The position numbers and the translations under genes were made by a program. Under the pieces are notes generated by a model. That model was given only the letters and a program-made list of their open reading frames with translations. It searched no databases and was not told the origin of the DNA. Shown here piece after piece: positions 57,481 through 64,000 of a DNA stretch of 64,000 nucleotides (its first letter is position 1; the number at the start of each line of letters is the position of its first letter). This DNA is from Mobula hypostoma (lineage: Eukaryota): positions 37,884,001 to 37,948,000 of the forward strand of contig NC_086097.1 of the NCBI RefSeq assembly GCF_963921235.1, read 5' to 3'.

Positions 57481-58612
57481 AAACAACAGGAATTATGCAG
57501 ATGCTGGAAATTCAAGCAACACACATCAAAGTTGCTGGTGAATGCGGCAGACCAGGCAGCATCTCTAGGAAGAGGTACAGTCGACGTTTCAGGCGGAAGT
57601 TACGGAGAATAATATGTTGGACCTGGAGGCTGGTGGGGTAGTAGGTGAGGACCAGGGTTCTCTGTAAGTTCTACGTAACTTCCACCACCTCCAACGGGAT
57701 CCCACCACTAAGCACATCTTTCCCTCCCCCCCCTCTGCTTTCTGCGGGGATCACTCCCTACGCGACTCCCTTGTCCATTCGTCCCCCCCATCCCTCCCCA
57801 CTGATCTCCCTCCTGGCACTTATCCTTGTAAGCGGAACAAGTGCTACACATGCCCTTACACTTCCTCCCTTACCACCATTCAGGGCCCCAGACAGTCCTT
57901 CCAGGTGAGACGACACTTCACCTGTGAGTCGGCTGGGGTGATATACTGCGTCCGGTGCTCCCGATATGGCCTTCTATATATTGGTGAGACCCGACGCAGA
58001 CTGGGAGACCATTTTGCTGAACACCTACGCTCTGTCCGCCAGAGAAAGCAGGATCTCCCAGTGGCCACACATTTTAGTTCCACGTCCCATTCTGATAAGT
58101 CAATCCATGGCCTCCTCTACTGTCAAGATGAAGCCACACTCAGGTTGGAGGAACAACACCTTATATTCCATCTGGGTAGCCTCCAACCTGATGGCATGAA
58201 CATTGATTTCTCTAACTTCTGTTAATGCCTCTCCTCCCCTTCTTACCCCATTCCTTATTTATTTTTATTTCCCCCTTTTTTTTCTTTCTTCTCTCTCTGA
58301 CCCTCTCACAATCACTCCTTGCCTGCTCTCCATCTTCCTCTGGGTTCCCCTCCCCCTTTCTTTCTCCCTAGGCCTCCTGTCCCCTGATCTTCCCCCTTCT
58401 CCAACTCTGTATCCCTTTTGCCAATCAACTTTCCAGCTCTTGGCTCCTCCCTCTCCCTCCTGTCTTCTCCTATCATTTTGGATCTCCCCCTCCCCCTCCC
58501 ACTTTCAAATCTCTTACTATCTCTTCTTTCAGTTAGTCCTGATGAAGAGTCTCAGCCCGAAACATCGTCTGTACTTCTTCCTATAGATGCCGCCTGGCCT
58601 GCTGCATTCCAC
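57481..58612 (+). mobile_element. Penelope-like element with inverted 5' segment
   Basis: 57481-57660 is reverse-oriented tail plus ORF piece; forward GVIYCVRCSRYGLLYIGETRRRL; CTGATGA..GAAAC at about 58539-58563. Confidence 0.9.
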
Positions 58613-60914
58613 CCTTTGTTTTCCTCCATTTTGATTCTCGTTTATATTTATCCCCTTGATAAGTGTTTAGTCACCACCCTTAATGTATTTTTTTCAGTCA
58701 GATTTATTTTCTTTTGATTGCACTACTGAAGCAGTTTGAGATGTTTCCAAACTTAAAAGTGCCCAATAAACATATATATCCATATCTGTGATTATGGATA
58801 TGTTCTGGAATAAATATACCAAAGATAAGTAAAACTCAAGGTAAACATGAAAGTTTGAAGAAGGTTGCAAAATTCTCTGAAAGAAGGAAGCATCAGAATC
58901 TATAATTTAGTACCTAACATGAAAAATCAAAATCCCTTTACAATGTAAATGCATAGAAGATTTGATGAAGTTTGCAAGATTCTTTGACAGACAGAAAATC
59001 TGTCAATTTTAGAAAATAATATTCCTTTCCAAATTCGTAGTATTCAAACAATTGATGAGTCAGCCATTCGTGGCAAGAATATATTATTTAATTAAGTTTA
59101 TGTAAAGTTCAAACTGGTCATTTGAACTTCAGCCTCACCCATTACTGCATTACTTTTGAAACCATATACTCTTCTTGAATTAGTTCCAGTCAAGTAGCAA
59201 TCAACTGAAACCTGACAGGAAAAAAGGATTTGCATCAGATTTGGATTATAAATATCAAACTCATCTAAAAATGTAACGGAATTTTAAAATGTTAAAAAAT
59301 TGCACATTGAACTTTATTATGGCTTTTAATATAAAATATCTAATATAGGGTTTCCAGAGAAGAATTCCCTTCTGAGTCATGTATTTAAGCTCTAAAAACT
59401 TCAGACGTATCTTTTTGATTTTGAACTTGGGTCAGGGAATTTTGGTCCTTTGTTTTACAACTAGAAGCTTGTGTGGGTGAACTTCAACAAGGGTTTTTTT
59501 GAATTGCCTTAGTAGGAACTTTGATGTAGGATATTATGTAGCTTCCTTTATTTTTGGTAAGGATCCTTATTTTTTTTCAAAGGATTCACCATTCACGATA
59601 AGCAGATTGATTGTTCGCATGCCCTCTCCCTTGCCTTACTGGAAAACTTTTTCCTCTTCCATTTCAAACATTAGTTTGTTACTTTTCCAGCTAACTCTCT
59701 TTTGTTATGCAGTTCCGCCTTAATGGACTGGAAATGACTCCAGAACAATTTAACAGCACCAACAATATTTGTAGTGTGAATTTCTGAAGTTATTCTGCTC
59801 ACCAACGATAAATTTGACAAAATAACTTAAGAAAATTATGTGGCTTTTTAACTGCACAATATTTACAACTCTTTCAGTGACAAAATGAATGGAAGAAATC
59901 CTATAGAAACTGCATCTCAATGGAGGTTCTCTCTTTATGATCCTCTCAATCTCTAGTTTAAATTATCCTCCGAATTAATACCAGTCAGTCCTCATTATGC
60001 GCTGTTTAACATATAGTGTTTTTCTTTCTGTATATTCCCACATCTGTCTTTTCTTTTATAACGTACATAACTCAGGTAATAACTATTGTTCTGCACCCTA
60101 CAAATACAATAGAGACAACAGGAATGCTTGAAATACAATAGAGCCTTTCTTTTCAACTTAAGTGAACAGTTCCAGAAAATGCCTCTGGGCGTCACTGTTC
60201 AAACCCAAATCCTGATTTGTTTGCAAGGTTGAATATTTCTCAAAACTGCTTAATTTAGGTAGACATTTTAATATAGCAAAACATCCCAAGGCAGTTCATG
60301 GAAATATTATCAAGCAGAATTTGAGACTGAGCTACGGAAGAAGAATCAGAGCAAATGATCAAAACCTTAGTCAAAAAAAAGGAATATGGAAAGTCAAGTT
60401 TGTTTCAGGAGGGAATTCCAGAATGTTGACAGAAACGTGATTAAACTTGGAGAAAACAGTGGGAAGGGGGAGAGGGAAGGATACAGGTAAGTGAGGGTTA
60501 TCATCCAAAAGGAGATTACAGAAATATGGAGCAAGGATATTTTGGAAAAAAGAGTAAGATAAATATGAAGATTTAAAAATGAAGGCTTTCATGAACATGG
60601 AGGCAATACTAAAAACAGGTAACAAATTTTCTATATTTATTTTTACGTAAAAGTAATGTGCAGTTACTTATGAAGAAAAAAGGATTAATTATTGAAAATG
60701 TACAGATATTTAAAATTTTTTAAAAACTTCCCTCATATTTTGAGAAGTGATACATAACATGGGAGAAAAAATTTATGAACACAAATGGTGTAAAGCATTT
60801 ATAAATAATTTGCTCCATTTAATTAATGCACTTTTGCCAACTTTATGCTCTTCAAAATTCAGGTTTGTTTCAGGAATAGAAGACATCAAGGCCCTCATAA
60901 ATGTGCTTAATTGC

Positions 60915-61210
60915 AAGTGTAGCGGTTAGTTCTATTCTTTGCAGAGCTCGCTGTAAGATCATGGTTCAATTCCCGCTGTTGTGTGTAAGAAGTTTGCACT
61001 TTCTCCCTGTGACCACCTGGGTTTCCTATGTATGCTCCGCTTTGCTCCCACATTCCAAAGACGTACGGTTAGGGTTAGTGAATTGTAGGCACGCTATGTT
61101 GGTGCAGAAGCACGGCAACACTTGCAGGCTGCCCAGCATTATCCTTGTTGATTTGATTTGGTGAAAATTATGCATTTCATTGTATATCTTAAAAACAAAG
61201 CTAATCTTTC
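60915..61210 (+). mobile_element. V-SINE
   Basis: GGTTCAATTCCC B box and V-domain; 3' half similar to the 26820 copy. Confidence 0.75.
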
Positions 61211-62551
61211 TTTCTTTCTAATCAGTTAAATCTAAGCTATTAACTTTTGTGGGCTACCCAACACAATCAAGCACATCTTTCAACATCGTTCTACACACTT
61301 TACTGAAGAATGGCTATGTGATGCATCAAAGAATGAAACTGCAATTTTTCTCCTTCCCAGCCTGAAATAGATAATAACAGAGCCTGCCTTCACAACAAAA
61401 AGAATCTATCATTGGCCATTATTACCCAAGAATATTCTGTCATGCATTCCTGCAACATGGCTTCATTAGTTACACATATGGGCTTGATGTGTGAATGAGG
61501 AATTGTAACACAGTTGGTACATTTCTAGTCCTAGGTACTAGCTGATGAGTTGGAGATGTGTGCTCAAACCTCAGTATGACAGCTGGGGAAATTAAATTCA
61601 GTTAATCACACAAAACTGGAATTTAAAAGGTGTTGGTAACAGTGACCATTCCATCCAATGGAATGTCATGAAGGTCCATTCAGTCTTAGTTCGAGGAAGC
61701 ATATGCTTTTATCTCCTCTGTCCGCTACGTCAATTCAGACACATAATAGTGCAAGTTGGCTCTGAAATGGAGTCTGACAAGACCCTCAGCCATCTCAAAC
61801 TGTTTATATGCTGTCCTTGTTTAAATAAAAAGGGAAGTCATCCTTTCATATCAATGGTTATTAAAGTATGTTGAAAATTGTTCAATGTTTGTCTGATGAA
61901 TAATGTGGTCAGGGTAATTTGACAGTGGGGATTTCTAACTGAACAACCCAGAATCTAAGGGTTGTAACTAGACAGTTAACGTCATCAGGTCAATTTAATG
62001 TGTCGGGAGTTTAATGTGTACTCTAAAATAGAGCAAATATACTTGGCTAATTTGATTACATAATTATAGCATTAATATATGTTCATAATTATCATAAAGA
62101 TATAAAACTTATTTCTGATAGATCAAAAACACCTGATTCTGATTTCTGACAGATCATTTGGCTTTTACTCTTTCTAATACTGAGACACAGCACAGCATAA
62201 AGCCAAAATATATAAATTATGTAAATGCCACTGACCACTAGGGAACCAAATATAAGCAGAATGAAAAGCTAGAAGAGAATGACCTTCAATTAAAAAAAAA
62301 TTCTGATAAATAACCTTACTGATAATTATTCATTATACATTCACAAAAACCCTCACTGCTTCTTCCAATTTTTTCTTGTGGTTTTTCTTCGTAATTTTTG
62401 TTGGAAAATTTTGGTATGTAATGATTGATTTTCATATTGAATTAAAGTCTATTTTAGATGCCCGACCTGTTTCAGTAATTTGGTTTTAGTTAAAATGACT
62501 CTATATCAATTTATTGGATTGCAGTGATAATAAGGAAACACCTTTCTATCA

Positions 62552-62945
62552 TAAGCAACACACACAGAGTGCTGGAGGAACTCAGTAGGTCAGGTAGCCT
62601 CTATGGAAAAGAGTAAACTGTTCTCGTTTCAGGCTAACACCCTTCTTCAGGACTGAGAAGGAAGGGGGAAGATGCCAGAATAAAAATGTGGAAGGAGGGG
62701 AAAAAGGCTAGGTGATAGGTGAAGCCAGGTGGGTAGGAAAGGTCAAGGGCTAGAGAAGAAGGATTTTGATAGGAGAGGAGAGTGGACAACAGGAGAAAGG
62801 GAAGGAGGAGGGGGCCCAGGGAAAGCAGTAGGCAGGTGAGAAGAAGTGAAAGGTCAGAGTGGGGAATAGATGAATTGAGGGGGTATTTGTTCACAGGAAG
62901 GAGAAATTGATATTCATGCTATTGGGTTGGCGGGTACCCAAACGG
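62552..62945 (-). mobile_element. Penelope-like element 3' end
   Basis: Minus strand CAGTC-CTGAAGA-AGGGTGTTAGCCT-GAAACGAG; purine-rich UTR on the plus strand. Confidence 0.8.
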
Positions 62946-63490
62946 AACCTTACTATCATTATTTGGTATGTTTCTCATCAGAATGTATTTCTAGCAGGCC
63001 TTCCTGGTGTGAGAAAAGTGAGATGAATGAGACAAACTCACAAGGTCTTAGTCAAGTTGTTGAAGTGAAGTGTGAATGAGGAAATGCAGTAAAATTCTTT
63101 TTGCTTGTTTTAGCAAAATAATCTGCTAAAGCATAGTATGTTCACAGATTTTCTATTATGCATAGGGAAATCATGAAGTGAGCTTTGACAAAACTAATGG
63201 TCTATACATTCTACTCATAGAATATATGTAACATAGGATGAGGCCATTTGATCCATCATATCTATGACAGCACCCTTCATGACCAACCTTTGGCACATTC
63301 TCCATTGCCCTGAAAGTTTTTCTCCACCATATGTTAACCCAATTTCCTCTTGAAGGCTACCAAGAAACTTGCTTTCACCACAACTCCAGGCAGTGCATTC
63401 CCGATTCTAACCACATACTGCATACAGAAGCTTTTCTTCACATTGCTGTTAATTCTCTTCCCCTTTGTCTCTGACATACATATGCATACA

Positions 63491-63745
63491 CAGCGGATTC
63501 TGCTAATTGGATCACATTGGGACCAGTATATTTTAGCCCAATTAAGCGGCTGCTCCAATTAGCTCATTTCATGGAAAAAGTTAAAATTGTGTAAGAATTA
63601 CAAAAGTACAGTTTAACTGAGTAGCAAATTATGCATTTAAATGAAATACAGAACAAATTAGAATACTACCAATGCTACCATAGAACTATAAAACTGTATT
63701 AGTTCTGAATAGTTATTGATGGAGGAATGCATCCAGTGTATATGC
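63491..63745. mobile_element. Probable Tigger/pogo-type element fragment
   Basis: CAGCGGATTCTGCTAATTGG-type end with repeated CCAATTA motifs; other end not found. Confidence 0.4.
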
Positions 63746-63871
63746 TGTGTATGTGTTGTCCAGGAGGGGCAGCACCTCTGGTGAAGGGGCTTGTTGTTGT
63801 CCATTCTGCGGCAGCTCACTCACCTTTGGTCCGCACCAGACACTTTGCTCTCACCTATGGCTCCAAGTAAT

Positions 63872-64000
63872 TACTTTGCCTCCAACTTTCACCCTGCCCT
63901 CAAGTTTACCTGGTCCATTTCCAACACTTCCCTCCCCTTTCTATATATTTCTGTCTCTATCTCTGGAGACAGCTTATCTACTGATGTCTACTATAAGCCT
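63872..64000 (+). mobile_element. Penelope-like reverse transcriptase fragment, runs off the window edge
   Basis: FASNFHPALKFTWSISNTSLPFL...SISGDSLSTDVYYKP. Confidence 0.85.

Noticed and set aside
36600..64000. A divergent neighbouring gene (RTN1 neighbours LRRC9 in human)
   Set aside because: No recognisable exons; the larger ORFs are TE-derived or low complexity

Overview
AT-rich, repeat-dense vertebrate DNA, probably from a cartilaginous fish (ray or shark). That assignment is inferred from the repeat set (V-SINE/HE1-like SINEs, CR1, Rex1/Babar, abundant Penelope-like elements) and is not proven. The only host gene found is the 5' part of LRRC9 on the minus strand. It has 11 coding exons from the ATG at 34760 down to 1982, all with GT-AG junctions and consistent phases. 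They splice to 1527 nt (509 codons) with no stop, and the gene continues off the left edge. A CpG-rich putative promoter with RFX X-box-like and YY1-like motifs lies at about 36.3-36.55 kb. The rest is intronic or intergenic transposon debris. Most notable items: (1) Penelope-like retroelements carrying minimal hammerhead ribozyme motifs, including about 180-bp fold-back mini-elements with 14-16 bp TSDs; (2) a CAG-ended DNA transposon family with 6-bp TSDs in two copies; (3) a full-length decayed hAT with an 89-bp inverted templated insertion; (4) bipartite RTE-derived non-autonomous elements, one with a partial HDV-like fold and a 3' module shared with a tRNA/CORE-like SINE; (5) a PARP-like pseudo-active-site motif in LRRC9. 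I found no clearly new multi-gene system. All calls were made by eye with no database searches, and TE boundaries without TSD support are approximate.
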